64,000 bases of DNA, from contig MU004230.1 in assembly GCA_010405405.1 (NCBI GenBank), positions 2,948,627 through 3,012,626 on the forward strand, written 5' to 3'. The stretch comes from Microthyrium microscopicum (lineage: Eukaryota). Under the pieces are notes generated by a model, which did no database searches, was not told the origin of the DNA, and worked only from the letters and a program-made list of their open reading frames with translations. Shown piece by piece: positions 1 to 13,700 of this stretch; within the stretch, counting starts at the first letter, position 1; every line of letters starts with the position of its first letter. The translations under genes and the position numbers were made by a program.

Positions 1-453
1 AACCTCATCTCCGGCGTCAAAAACTTCCTGCCCCAAAACCGCGATCTTACACTCACAAAAATCACTGAATCCCTCATGGATCCCGCCAACGCTTCCTCCG
101 CTGCCATCGCGCGCACAGAACACTATCTCTACTTTGACCCGCGCTCCGCCAACGCGCGCGGCACAATGCCGCCTGCTAGCCGCAATGCTGGGGGTGCAGG
201 AGCGGGTGCGAGGGGCATGGAGGCGAGTTTCGGGCAGAGACGACAGGGCTTTAGCGAGGCGATTGTGTTTACGGTGGGCGGAGGGAGTATTGATGAGTAT
301 GGCAATTTGCAGGAGTGGGTTGCGAGGACGAGTGGTGGACCGAACCCGACGGCTGGTGTGGGGAAGAGGAGGGTTGTTTATGGGAGTACGGAGATTGTGG
401 CGGCGGAGGACTTTGTTAATGAGGAGTTGGCGAGGTTGGGTAGAGAAGGATAG
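1..453 (+). CDS. SLY1: Sec1/Munc18-family vesicle trafficking protein Sly1, C-terminal part (5' truncated by the window)
   Basis: Open frame from base 1: NLISGVKNFLP...LYFDPR...AIVFTVGGGSIDEYGNLQEW...VVYGSTEI, typical of the Sly1 C-terminus. Confidence 0.9.
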   Translation, partial: NLISGVKNFLPQNRDLTLTKITESLMDPANASSAAIARTEHYLYFDPRSANARGTMPPASRNAGGAGAGARGMEASFGQRRQGFSEAIVFTVGGGSIDEYGNLQEWVARTSGGPNPTAGVGKRRVVYGSTEIVAAEDFVNEELARLGREG

Positions 454-786
454 ATGGTGTAGGCAACAATATAATTTACCACTTGTGTACCAGTTGACAA
501 TGTGTTAGTGTGGTTTGGTCTTATGAGTTGGTATTGTGAACTTTATTACTATATACCGAAAAACGGGTACCTTGGAGAGATACTGTACGAGTCTACTGAG
601 TGTTGTGCTAGATTATGATATGCTGGAAAAGAGGGATCCTTCATAAAGACTGCGAGAGTACAATTTCGAGAACGTTGTTCTTAAACTTGTGCTCATGTAA
701 AGCACTGTGGCACTCCTAGAATATGTATTGCCCGTTTACGCCCTCTACATGCTTTGATCTATTGTGCAAGCAGTATTACGAACATC

Positions 787-3700
787 CTAAAACACCCAGG
801 TAAAGGAGCTTTCCAGCTGAAATGATGTGGAGCACCTGGAAACAGTAAGTAACATACACGGAAGAGGAGAAAGAGAACTAACCTAATATCAACAGACGAT
901 GCACCGATTAATATGTCAAACGATCCCTCTTCTGCAATCCACGCAGATATCGCAGTATCATAATACCCAAGCGCATGCTTATCAAGCACCATCTTGATGA
1001 CTGTCGTCTCGCCGGGTTGTAAAAACACCTTTGCAAAGGCCTTCAACTCCTTCTGCGGACGCACCAACTTGGCTTCGACATCACGAACATATAGCTGCAC
1101 TGTCTCATTGCCAGCCACATCTCCCGTGTTCGTCACTGGCACTGACACTGCCATCTTCTCGTCCGCTGCAATGCGCCCTTCGACAGTGGGCTGGCCATAA
1201 TCAAAGGTCGTATACGACAGTCCATGTCCAAAGGCAAACAGCGGCTCAATCGCTCGAGCCTCATAGTGCCGATAACCAATAAACACGCCCTCCTCATAAA
1301 CAACCTCCAAGTTCTCGCCCGGCCAATTCGCATAGCTCGGCGTATCTTCCAGCCTCTTTGGAAAAGTCGTTGGCAGCTTGCCGCCCGGATTATGTCGTCC
1401 AAACAGCACATCAGCAAGCGCATTACCCGCCTCCTGCCCCTGATACCACGCTTGTAGTATAGCAGGCGCCTGCTCAACCCACGGCATCGCCACAGGCGTA
1501 CCAGACTGATTGACAATCACGCAGTTTGGATTCGCAGCCAGCACGGCGGAGATGAGACGGTCTTGGCTGCCATGTTTGGGCAGGTCGAGAGTTTGGCGAT
1601 CATATCCCTCTGATTCCCACTCTGCGTCAAGACCGACGACGATGATGGCAACGTCTGCGGCGGATGCAATGTCTACGGCTTCTTGTAGGAGGTTTACGCC
1701 AGACTCTTCCTGGTATCCGATGCGGCAGCCGCCGTATTTGTGGGAAAGGGGGCCGGTGGATTGTTTGGACAGGGGACGGACTTCGTTGGTGCTTTCAACG
1801 AGGAGGTCGACGGTGGTGTTGGCTTCGAGATGGATGGATTTGTGGACGTCTTGGGAGGCTTCGAACATGGCTTCGCCTTCCTCGGTCCAGTCCCAGTTGT
1901 CGATAAATAGCTTGCCGCCCACGTAGAAGCGGCCGGGTCCGACAGAGTTGAAGCTGAATGTGTGGTCGCCGGATGATTGGGGAGTGATGGTTGTCTTGAC
2001 TCGGAAAGAGTATGCGGGCAGAACGGGTTTTGGCGCAGAGTCCCAGAGGAACAAGTCTGTTGTCTCTTTGTGCTGGATAGCAAATGGTTCGCCCTCAAAT
2101 TGATCCCCCTTGTAGTACTCCAATATTACACCTTGCTTGCCATCTGAAGTCTGGCAGTGCTCGGAGGCAAGAGGGAGCCATTTCGTGGAATCGCATCCTT
2201 GAGCGAAAGTCACCTCCGCGTCTGTAGCTGCCCGTATACCCTCGAAGGGCGTGACAGTGTACAGCGGGTTCAAAGTCGCACTTCCACCACCCGTGACAAC
2301 ATCCCGCTTGGCATTAGGTCCTATCACCGCAATCTTCTTGACATTCCTGATAGGAAGAAGGTTATTTTGATTCTTGAGCAAGGTCAACCCCTCAGCACCG
2401 GCTCTGCGGATCAACTGAGCCGTCTCGGGATTGTCCAGGGAACGTTCCGGGGGTTCAGGAGGGCCCTGAAGTCCTTTGGTCCGCTCCACCAGCTGGAGAA
2501 CACGAGCAGCGGATCGCTCTACGTCTGCTCGGGACAGCTCGCCTTGAGATATTGCCTTCATGGCACGGACGCCTCTCCATTTTGCGGGTCCCGGCATTTC
2601 CAGATCGCATCCAGCCTTGATGGACTCGGCAACAGAGTTGGTCCCTGTCCAGTCTGATATGACTAACCTGTACTGGTGTCAGCTGGCGAAAAAGAGTATA
2701 AATAGGGCGCTAGATAGGTACCCGTCGTATTTCCACTCCCCACGCAGAATGTCCCTTAGAAGCCAGTCATTCATGTCTGAATGTACGCCATTCACGAGGT
2801 TGTAAGATGACATGACCGCCCATGGCGAGGACTCTCGGATAGCAATCTCGAACGGCTTCAGATATATCTCTCTTAGAGGCCGTTCTTCGATGATGGAGTT
2901 GATGGTCATCCGATGAGTCTCCTGCTCATTGCCGACAAAATGCTTGATTGTGGCGGATACATTCTTGCTCTGTAGGCCGCGGATGTAAGCGGCAGCCAAC
3001 TTTCCGGTAAGCAGAGGATCTTCCGAGAAAGATTCAAAGTTCCGACCACCTAGTGGAGAGCGGTGCATACAGACTGTTGGAGCCAAGAGCACATTGGCAC
3101 CTCGAGCAAGTGTTTCCTCGCCGAGCAACTTGCCCAGCTGCTCAACCAGCTCGGTATTCCATGTAGCAGCGAGAGAGATACCGCAAGGGAACAGTGCGGC
3201 CTAGAGAAAATGAAACCTGTTAGCTGATGTCTGGACTTTACCGTAAAAGGAAAGCCAAGGGTGCATTTTCCAGTAGTATGGTAGTAATACATGCCACTGG
3301 TAGTGAGCTCATGTAGACAAGAATGCTGTACATACCCTAGTGCCGTTCTTAAAGTACTCGCCCCTGGCACCACTCGGCCCGTCCGTTGTCTTAATTGAAG
3401 GTATACCATGCTCTGGCAAGGGTACACTGCGCCAAAAGTCGGCCCCTGCTAGAAGCGAAACCTACAAGCAATCCACGTGGTTAGCTTTTCTCCCCGTAAG
3501 ATTTTGATAATACAAGGTTTTAATGCCCCGTTCCCGTCTTAGCATGCTTCAGCCTTATCAAGCTCAATGGGTATCCGGCTAGATATCGGTCCACGGTTCA
3601 ACTATCGCAGCCGAGCTGTACTAGTCGTGATCCCATGGAAGTCGACGCGTATCGGCCGTCATTTTGAGTTCAGTTCCACTGTATATGTGATATTTCCAGA

Positions 3701-4101
3701 ATGAGGCCAAGAGATCAACGAAATAGCCGAGCCTTGCATTTAAGCTTTATCAGTCATGCGGACAGCTGGAATTAGAGGTAGGAGTTGATATATCGAGAGC
3801 CGGGGATGCGCCAGGAACCATCTCCAATGAGCGAATGAAGTATTTCTGTTGAAGCTTGGGGGTCTTCTACCTAGCTCAAATGAAATTGCCGGGGAGCGGG
3901 CCGTCCTGGAGTTTCCAAGGGTCGCCAGAAGAGAAGACATTTTCCCCACAGGATCTGGATCAGGGCTCGGGAATTGTTACTGACCTGTTCCTCTAGTGTA
4001 AGCTTAGAGACTAGCTCTCGGACTTCTTGAGAGATATTCATCGTATCTCCAGCACCTGGAGAGCTTGTTAGTACTTGAATGGTACCCGGAGGTTTCGCCA
4101 T
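787..4101 (-). CDS. GH3 beta-glucosidase with PA14-type insert and FnIII C-terminus; no obvious signal peptide; about 5 exons
   Basis: Motifs LTLEEQ/VSLLAGADFW, TTDGPSGARG, GGRNFESFSEDP, IKHFVGNEQE, VISDW, ESEGYDR, FAFGHGLSYTTF. Introns ~3462-3983, ~3201-3335, ~2667-2720, ~838-883. Start may instead be the ATG at 4041. Confidence 0.92.
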
Positions 4102-5941
4102 GATGAGATACCAGTCGTGTTGGAAACAGAAGGAGACAAGTGGTTCGAACTAGACGACGACCTATGAAGCTTATTCTCAAACTTCAAGGGATTGTTATCG
4201 TCGGTATTCTGTGCTCGTTCCACAGCTACGCCAATATTTTTCATATTGAAAAGGAGTACAGGATGGAGTATTAAGGTCTATTGGGAATCTAGCGTGGGGA
4301 AGTAGGAGGTAGTTGTCCACGACAATCGGAACTGGAGATAATTTGATGTGATAAGTTTGTAGTATTGAACAATATTAAGTAAAACCAGAATATAAAGTAT
4401 TCAAGGAAGGAGATGAAGAGAGATATCCCAAGAAAGGGTTGACCAGGCTGAGATTTAAGTCTCAATAATAGAGGCACATCGACTTCCCTTTCCTGTAGCA
4501 AAGACAAAGACAATCTGCTGAGTCGGTGATCGCAACGGTCCATTGGCACTTGCTCCTGGAAATTAATAGCAGTACTATAATGCGGTGAGGTTAGGAGGGA
4601 CCATGGAATGAAGCACCAAGAGGCTAGATGCTAGTGCCGCGCGATTTACGGTAAGCAGTTGGCCATTCTGCAGACCTCCAGCAACCAGCCAGACGAGCTC
4701 GCATGAATTAACGAGGCAGGATCAAAGGCAGATAGGCAAGTGTTTATTCACTTCTCCCCAGGTCAAGGAGAGTAACGTGATGGATGGTACATGGATGCCT
4801 GTGTCCCCGTCACCACGCTGAAGTTGTAAACAGGTTGAGGACTAGTGCTTGCACATGGATATGTCTTGTCGATTAAGATTACAAATACTCCAAGCGTAAA
4901 CACAAGACGGTCTAAGACTCCTGCGGATAGAATAAAGTCGAGAAGATCAATAGGTCAGCGATGGTCCTCAGAAAGGCAACGGTTAAGGAAGTAAAATGGG
5001 CATAATCTGACCGGAAGGTGCTGCAGTACCCAACGAGCTGGGAGAAATTTGAAGAGCTTGGATCTGTTCGCACCAAAACGAGTGCAAAAATCCAGAATGT
5101 GAGCGGATCCATGCTGCCGTTCCTTATTGAGGTTGAGTTTGAGCATGGTTTGATGCAGGGTGCTCCATGGGCCTAAAGTAGATAAATGTGTTGTGGTAGG
5201 GCACAAACTGGACCAGATACCTCATGTTTCCGCAGATTGCAGGGCAATTGTCAGGTATCTAGATACTTGTTGAATCCCCGAGAGATTTGCGCCAGTGCTT
5301 GAGCGTAATGCAGGTAAAATTGGGTCGGAAAGTTCGGTCGACTGTGTGCACTGTGGAGTAGGTTGTGACTTGTACTGTTCCTGGTGCCTGTGCCCTCCTC
5401 ATTTGTCCTCGTCGTTCGCCCACCGTTTGCCCGCTCCATGTAAGCGCACATCATCTCCTAGTATAAATCTATGAGGGCAGGCATCCACCGGTGCCGCCCA
5501 TCTCTCGCTTGAAGGCAGCTCATGTCGCACGCTTGGGCAATGCAGTGTCAAAGATATTTGGCGACACGACCCCCCATTGACGCAGGACACAGGCTCATTG
5601 ACCCAGAGGCATGGTTCGCGCTTCCATACCTGGAGCTCTCGTCCGAATAGACCGGGGATGACGATAGGCTAGGGTTTTGAAATAGCTAAAATTGGCTTTC
5701 TGTGTTGGCTATACCAGCAGCAGTTCCAGTAGTACTGCTTGTCGCATACTAGCAGTACATGATGCTCCACATGTATTCCCTGCTCGAGATTCCATCTTGG
5801 CACAGACCGTCTATCCATCCTAGTTGCCTAGCATCATCCTATCTGGGGCAATCTCTTTGGTCAGCGATGCTTGGCGCTCCTCTATCCGGTCGCTATCCTA
5901 GACAGCCGCGTGATTCTTTACCCCGGAAAACAGCAGACGTC

Positions 5942-8900
5942 TTACCAGTCGTCTTCTCGCTTCCGCGAGCTCATGGCAGCCTGGCGTGCTCGAAGTGCCT
6001 CTGCAAGGCTCCCCGCCATGCTGTCGTGACTCGCATCACTACTACTCGCGGCCGAGCCGGAATATCCGCTGTCTCGTGCTGCAGGGGCGGGAGCCGGCTT
6101 CTTACCAACAGGACGCTTTGCGGGCGGTGCTGGAGGAGTGGGCTTGCCCCGGGTACCTGTGCCATTCGCGGCTACAGCGCCAGGAGGACCAGGCACGGGT
6201 CTTGACGCTGGAGGTGGCGGAGGCGGGGCTTGAATTTGTATTTCTTCTACATATGCAGAAGGGACCCAGCCTTGAACCGAAGGGTCATCAGCGACGCTCC
6301 CCTTTGGTCGTGCAAGCCACCAACCTGTAAGAATGTTAGTATTATGATTACCCGAATCTAGATTGACTCGCAATGAAGCTTAGGCACACTTACCATTGGC
6401 TTCCTTTCGAACAATGATAATAACGTCACCCTTGGTGACGGTCATTTCCCCAGCGCTCTGGCCGGCAAAATCGTACAAGGCCCGAGCAGTTGGATCTTGG
6501 CTTGGTGGAGGTGCGGCAGGTGGGGGTGGGGGAGGTCCTCGCATGGAAGATGTTGATGCCGTGCGATCATGGGAAGGTCCATTGATCGCTGCTAGGGATT
6601 GAGGCACTGCCCTCGTCTGTCCCACTGGGTTAGAAGCCACAGGACGAGATTGCGCAGGACGTGATGCGAGCTTGGAGGTCGCCCCTCCAGGACCACCAGG
6701 CCGTAACAGCTTCCCTTTTGTGATTGCCTTGGCTGGAACCTGCTTTCCTCGTGGAGTTGGTTTGGATGTTGAATTAGGAGGCTCGCCCTGGCCGGTATGA
6801 ATAGTCCCGCTCTTGTAAAGGTCATCTCGCGGTACGTTGGGATCCTTGACCGTTTTGACAGCCGAAGGTTTACCGGGTTTTTTGTTGTATTCAATCCTAT
6901 AAGAGTTAAAATTAGGCCTGTCATATTGATGATCCGAATGGCTAGAGCACTTACGTGGCACCTATTCTTAGTTCAATTGATCCGCGGGAAGTGTTTTGAA
7001 GATGAGTAAAGAACTCGGTCTTGAACACACAGTTCAGAAGTGGGTCGGCTTCTTGCTGTGCACCAACGCCTATGGAAAACCAATCGTCCTTCAATGTTGA
7101 GCAGCTGACGTATTTAATAGCGCCGAGACCGATGACTCGATCAGCTTGAATCTGCACCTGTCTTTGAACTGCAACCTGCTTGACAATGTAGACATTGCGT
7201 GGAGTCAATATTAGCATTCGAGGTTCGGGTTTACTCGATCGTCCAAGTTTGGATACGAGTAATTCTGCTCGGCATGAAAAAATGACGGGCTCATTGCTTT
7301 GAAGATTGACGGCCGAGCGAACCATTTCACCCGGACCACCCGAATTGGCGATACCAAGATAATCTCCCAAGAATCTTCGATAGCCTAAAAGACTGAAGCG
7401 ACGACGCTCTTTCCGACCCTTGAGGACTTGATGACCTTGATCTCGTAGTTGAATAAACTCGAATCCACCATTTATACGTCTCCAAAATCTTTGTATCCGG
7501 ATTGCACACTCTGTTCGGTAGCGGATATAATTCCGCCAAGCTCTCTGAATTCGAATAGCCATATTGTGCCAGTACCTGTCCCGCATAGTTTCCAAAGCGA
7601 ACAGAGTTTCAGGTGTTTTGATGAAAGCCTTTGTCCGGCCCATTTGATATTCTTCAATGGGAATGCTGGTATCTTTCAAGATTTGCTTGGTTCCAGAAAG
7701 GTAGTCACCCGTCCAGGTGTAATCACCGGCGTATGATGTTTTGGGTGACAGAAGATAAAATCTTTCCACAAATTTTTCGAAGGTTTGACGATATGCAAAT
7801 CCAGCTCGCCGTATACGAACGTTTTCTTGCAATCCAAGATATTTGATTTGGTGGAGGACGTTACCTTCGTTATACTCGGATGGAGACTTGTTTTCGTTCG
7901 GTTTGATTGTTCGAATGTATGACGGTGACGCTTTCATCAGAGTGGAAACCAAGTCGTTAGCGGAAGCCTTGATCTTGTCTCCTGCCGTGGGAGGTCGTCG
8001 CTTGTTGTCCTGATCAACTGGGGCGGGGAATAATGTATGCAGGAATTTGTTGCTGCTTTGACCAATAAGGTTCAACAAGTCTTTCAATAGTTGGTCCTTG
8101 TTCTTGTCAGTCATGCCTTCTACTGCGTAAGCGACGTCTCCAGCGTAATGCTTGATGATGAATTGGCCCTGTCGGGGCTGGAAATTGGCATTCGCAGCTA
8201 AGGTGTTAAGTCTTTGGACAAAAGTTTGATCTGCAGCAGCTGGGTCTGCGTGTGCAGTTGCGCAGGCATCATTGAGGACGGCAAACACGCCTGCAGGACG
8301 TCTTTCTTCGATGAGTTCGCACACCACCTTGTTGTCAAAGTACTTGATCGGTGTCCATTGGATCTGTTCTCTTTCGTATTCCTCTTGTTCGGCTTTAAGA
8401 GTCAGTTGAATGAAGATTTGCTGAAGCTTTTCGTTGACATAGTTGATACACAGCTGCTCGAAGCTGTTCTTTTCGAAAATTTCGAATCCGTAGATATCCA
8501 AGATTCCAACCGATTGAGCCATGGCTCCTCGGGCTTTCAATGAGACGTTTACACGTTGAACAATCCAATCAAAGAGGTTAAAGTATATACCCTTGGCTAA
8601 TGCATCTCGAACAGATGTTGCTTGGGCTGGATTCAGAGGAACATTGTACACCGAGCCACGGCGTCCTCCACGGCTTGTTTCCACAATTCTCTCGGTGAGC
8701 GCTTTGTCGACATGATCAGCTTGAACTTCCATGAGATATGCTACGAAATCTACGACCGAGCGGTCTATGATTTTCGCATTTCCTTCTTCGTTTTCACCAA
8801 ATTGGACATTCCCCAACCAAAGTATAGCAGCCAACATGCGGAAAATGTTGTCCTGTTCAGCCTGAGCAAGTCCAATAATCTTCATGGCATTGACAGTCTC

Positions 8901-9782
8901 CGCAAAGTCGCCATGATCATCGATGCCATCCACATCCAAGCATTTCGATTTGCTGGTATATAGGTACGAGCCAGGTTGTTGCACGCCGAACATTTCTCGA
9001 TAGTTTGAAGTTGCAGCTTTGGTAAATTGGTAGAATATATGAAAATTGCGTTCGTTTTTGATCTGACCGACTACACGAGATTTTTCGAGAAGGTAGTTGT
9101 TGATGTTAGCTCCAACTGGCTCACCTTGCGCATTAAATTGGATTTCTAGGTATTTTCCGAAACGGGAAGAATTGTTGTTTCGCAGCGTCTTTGCATTTCC
9201 GAACGATTCCAGGAGAGGATTTGTAGCCAAAACCATGTCCTTTATTTGCTGAATCGAGGAATCCGAGCCTCCGGAAACACTGGCAATATACTGCATGATT
9301 CTTTTGGCAGCCTCGGTTTTGCCCGCGCCAGACTCTCCTGAAATGATGATACATTGGTTTTCTTTATAGCCCTTCATATTGTAGTAAGATGATTCGGCAA
9401 TGGCAAAGACGTGGGGAGGCATCTCCAGTCTGTTTTTCCCTTTGTAGCTGTCCAGCACAGCATCGGTGTATATCCCCAAGTCGCGAAAAGGATTGACGGA
9501 GACCAGCACATGGCCGATGTATGTGTATATTTCAGCATTCTCAAATCTTTTTCTAAGATTGTCATTTATTGCCTCGTTGGAGATTTTGCTAATGAGAGTC
9601 AAGTCGGAGACGCCAACCTCCTTCTTCTTGGTGGACTCGAAGACAGCTCGTTTGATAGGGCCTTTAGATTTGCTGGCATCGTTCGATCTCGAGGCGCCGG
9701 CGTCTTTCTTGCGACCGGCTCGTTTAGTTACAGCCTAAATTGGTCAGATAAGCATCAAATAATGAATGAGAGATTGTACCAT
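5942..9782 (-). CDS. myoA: Class I myosin (motor, IQ, TH1, SH3, acidic C-terminus)
   Basis: [10 protein letters not shown]-loop, [19 protein letters not shown] site RRGSVY, SH3 ALYDFAG...GWW...GWVPSAY, terminal EDDW. First coding exon is ATG only (9780-9782), then [11 protein letters not shown]. Confidence 0.97.
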
Positions 9783-10142
9783 GATGGCGGCTGAGCCTTG
9801 TTCGACGCGGGGTGGTTTGGTCGCGCAGCCGATGGATGAGTGAGGAGAGAGGGATTGCCGATGACCAACGACTGATCAAAACAGTATGAAGTTGGTGATT
9901 GTGCAGATGGAGAAATGGCGGTTGAGTATAACAGGCTACAGGATTAAGATGTTGCGTTGCGTTGCGTAGCTTTGCTTGGCTGCGCTGTGCTGTGTTTGGT
10001 AGACCTGACGTGCGTATGGAAGGTGCGGTGCGTGGGTGCGCGGCTGCCCTGGCCAGGTTGGGCAGTTGCTACCTTGGAAGCTTCTAAAGGCAGGAATCAA
10101 CCGGCCGACGCCACACATAAATCGGAAGGTGCCAAATCCGCT

Positions 10143-10345
10143 ATCCCTTAACCTACCTCGACACTGCATTAGTGCGCGGGCACCTTACTGAAGAAGGTAA
10201 CAAGAATACGCCTCAGCCCCGAAAACACTCCCAAAATCACCCCTTCACATACAAAATGTAGAGAAGCTAGTGGCTGACAGCTTGCTTTGTCACTGGCTCT
10301 TCATTTTTTTGGCTGAAAAAGGCGTGTCGAGAGAGGTTAAGGGAT
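10143..10345. mobile_element. MITE-like element, copy 1
   Basis: Terminal inverted repeat ATCCCTTAACCT(acc/ctc)TCGACAC, 20 of 22 bp paired; interior matches 19304-19536 in reverse orientation. Confidence 0.75.
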
Positions 10346-10757
10346 GGGAAACAGACTGATCTTTGATTTCCCATCGAATGCGCTGGGAGTTGAAGCACCT
10401 TTTCATTTAGTAGCTTCGGTGGGACCGATCGCACTCGATGGGAGTGTTGGAGCTTGCAATTGTACTCCATATCGCCCAGTCCATTGTATCTTACTCATTG
10501 TATCTTACTCTTACCATGTATTTTGTTTCATCTCGATTCCCAAGGGTACCTCCCTCTTAACCTTTCAAGCCCCCTCTAATTTCTACATTAATTCTACCAG
10601 TGCGCCACCAACCCCTTACGCCCATCAATCATCAATCCTTGAACTAAACTCACAACAACATTCAACAACATCATCTTATCTGGCGCTTACCTTCGTTTTT
10701 TTTCCACTGCTCTTACAATAATGTAATTCTCTTCTGCCGGCACATTCTACATGTATC

Positions 10758-13700
10758 ATGCCTTCAAACGTCCAAACCTCGTCCAATCAAACCCCGGGAC
10801 TGAGCCACTCAGCAGCGAACCATGCATCCGAGCCAATATCTGTTGCCCAAAATAGAAACCCTGCAATACACAACAACGAATCCCCTAACTCTTTCGCCGC
10901 TCCTACAATGCCTCGTGCTACTACCAGTAGCCATGACCACCTTCTTGACCACGATGAAATAGTTCACAGTCCTGCAGACGCCCCGCAAGCTCCTCGTCGT
11001 GAGCAAGCTATCGAGTCCGAGCCAGCCTCTCCACCCGGAGAATCACCTATCCGCAACTTGCAATATTTCGAAGTATCCTCCCAGCAGCAACAACACCAGG
11101 CTATCCCAGCATCAGATCTACAAGTTGTGAATAGTAGCACATGGGAAGAAGGACGAGAAGCCTCCATGTACGAACCTCAAGGTCAGAACGGACTGCAGCC
11201 CATGCCATCGCACTACAATGCAGGCCTAGATCCAACGATGGATCGTCCAACCACCGCAGCCTCCACCGATACATACCAGCAAGCACAAACACTTTTTAGA
11301 GACTTTGATGGCGTTCACTATGCACCGAGCATACTACAGCCAACCGTTGAGGAAGACGACTCGAGGCCGGATAGCAAGAGCTCTATGTTGAGGGAACCTC
11401 CACCGCTGGACAATCCTTTCCCTCCACCAGCCTCGGGCATGGTATACTATCCTGCGCCTGTCCCAACGACTTTATTACTACCGCAACGCTTATCCAAAGC
11501 TGCTCCTACCTCGATTGATGCCAAACGTAGATCACAGATGATACAGACACTGGCTCCGGATGCTAGAAAGTCTGCTATATGGCTGAACGAGAGGCCAGGT
11601 TCGATACAGGCGTTTCCACCAGAACAAGAGGACGATCTTTCACATTTGCAAGCTCTCAAGGCTCGTATGTCAACTTTGCCACCACAGCTTAGAGCATCCA
11701 TGTTCTTTGAGAACCCTGCCACATTGCAAGACGTGGAAATCAAGGACAAGTCAGCTGTGGCAACACTAGAAGACCTCCTAGATGCTTCTACAACTGCGCC
11801 TGTAAGTGCATTCACGGATCACCCATTTGCCGGAAAGGCAGGGGCAGCTGGTGTATATAAGAAAGAAGGGAGGGCCAAACGTCAATCACGGATGCCCAGT
11901 GGCGATGTTCAAAAGATTCAGAATCGTCAAAGTAGCCACCTCATTAGTGAGGCGGAAGATGAGACAAAACGCCAAAGCAGCAACCCTATCATCGATACCG
12001 AAAAGCCCAAGAAGCGAAGAAGTTCATTTCTCGGTCTACGCCGCTTTTCCGTCTCGTCAACCGACGCCCTCAATGCTCCAGACAGCCATCTGAAGAAAAA
12101 GAGCAGTCGTGCTTTCAGCTTCGGGGGAGCCCTGGACGACACGGCATTAAATCGAGCCCCTGATGGCACTATTATTGGAGGTCGTTCTGGCGCGACAACA
12201 CCTATGCTAGGCAATGATCCTACCGGCGAGGAAGACGATGCTGAAGGTGGTGAAGAAGACGATCCAGACTTCCCCATGCCGGAGGACGGCGAGTTGGATT
12301 ATCTACCTCCAACGACACTTCTTGCTGAACTCCAGTACCGTAAAAAGATTCAAAAGACACGTAATCGTACTGCACTCGAATCGTTCCCCAATGGAATGCA
12401 CTCTACACTCTTGCAGATGGATGCAGTTGCACAGGTTCAGAAGAAAAAACGCCAGAATGCTCGAATTACTCTTGCTTGGGAAGATCCAGATCGCGTCAAG
12501 GCCACTGAAAATGCAGGTGGCGATGATGAAGACGTACCTCTGGGAATGCTGTTTGCTGGCAATTCCAAAGTTACTGAACAGTTGAAGGATCAAGGAATGG
12601 GCGGCTGGGATCGGCCGATGGGCCTTCTGGAGTTGAGAGAAAGAGAAGAAAATGAGCCTCTGAGCTTACGAAAAGCTAGATTGAGGGGTGAGAATCAATT
12701 TGTTTCTCGCGGTCCCAGTCCTTCCATGTTTGGAGCCCCTCTCCTTCAATTGAACGGCGAAGAAGCAATTGAGAGCGATGATGAGCCAGGAGAATCGTTG
12801 GCTCAAAGAGCACAGAGACTCAAGACCAAGAAAGAAGATGGTCAAACAAACGTTGAGGGTAGACCTATCAGTCAAGCATTCTCAGAGGAACTACTGGGTC
12901 AATTCTCTGCCAGTGCCAACAACTCCAAGGAGAATCTTTCGCCTGGCGTAGGTGATGCATCTTCTAACCGCAGTGCAAGCCCGGAAGGTGAAGAAGAAAC
13001 TCTTGGTCAGCGCCGAGCAAGACTCCAACGTCAAAGCCAGTTTCCTCAGCCAGGCCCAATGGCCACGGGATCTACAGCCCCACACAACGTTCCCCAACAA
13101 CGACCCGTACTTCGTGCATCAACCAGTCTGGCAGATCTGCTCCACCACGTCCCAGTAGGCGCAACTCGCAAAGTATCAGACAAAGACCTAATCTCAGGCC
13201 TCCCAGCAAACAGTCTACTCGCAAAGAGTGAGGAAGTACAAGCAGCCAAACGCGAACGCATGTCACGCCAAACATCCGGCCATATGCTAACCCAACCGCT
13301 CATGGATCTCGGCAACCTCAACAGAAACTCTACCGCCAACGCACCCATGAATCCAGGATTCCGTGGCGGAATGTATAATAACGGCGGGATGTACAACATA
13401 GGCTTCGGTGGCCAAGCACCAGCAACTAATACCGCATCTATGATGGACCTGCGCCAAAGCATGTACGACCTCAACGCCCAACGCCAAATGCAGGGTATGT
13501 CCATGTATGGCATGCAGCAGCCACAAATGATGGCGTATCCAAATGCATATGCAGGTGCCACCAACTCCATGTCTCCAAACATGGGCATGATGGGGATGGG
13601 GATGGGCGCTGGCATGAGTATGCCGCCTGTGGGTATGATGGGTGGTATGGGCGTCCCTGCTGCATATAACCAGATGCAGCCCATGAACAACTTTCAGGCC

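Noticed and set aside
3201..3335. Possible stwintron in GH3 intron 2 (internal CTCAC..CAG)
   Set aside because: The reconstituted external donor would be non-consensus, and a single intron already gives the correct frame.
4200..5900. Short ORFs between the GH3 gene and myosin
   Set aside because: No family signal; probably promoter and terminator DNA.
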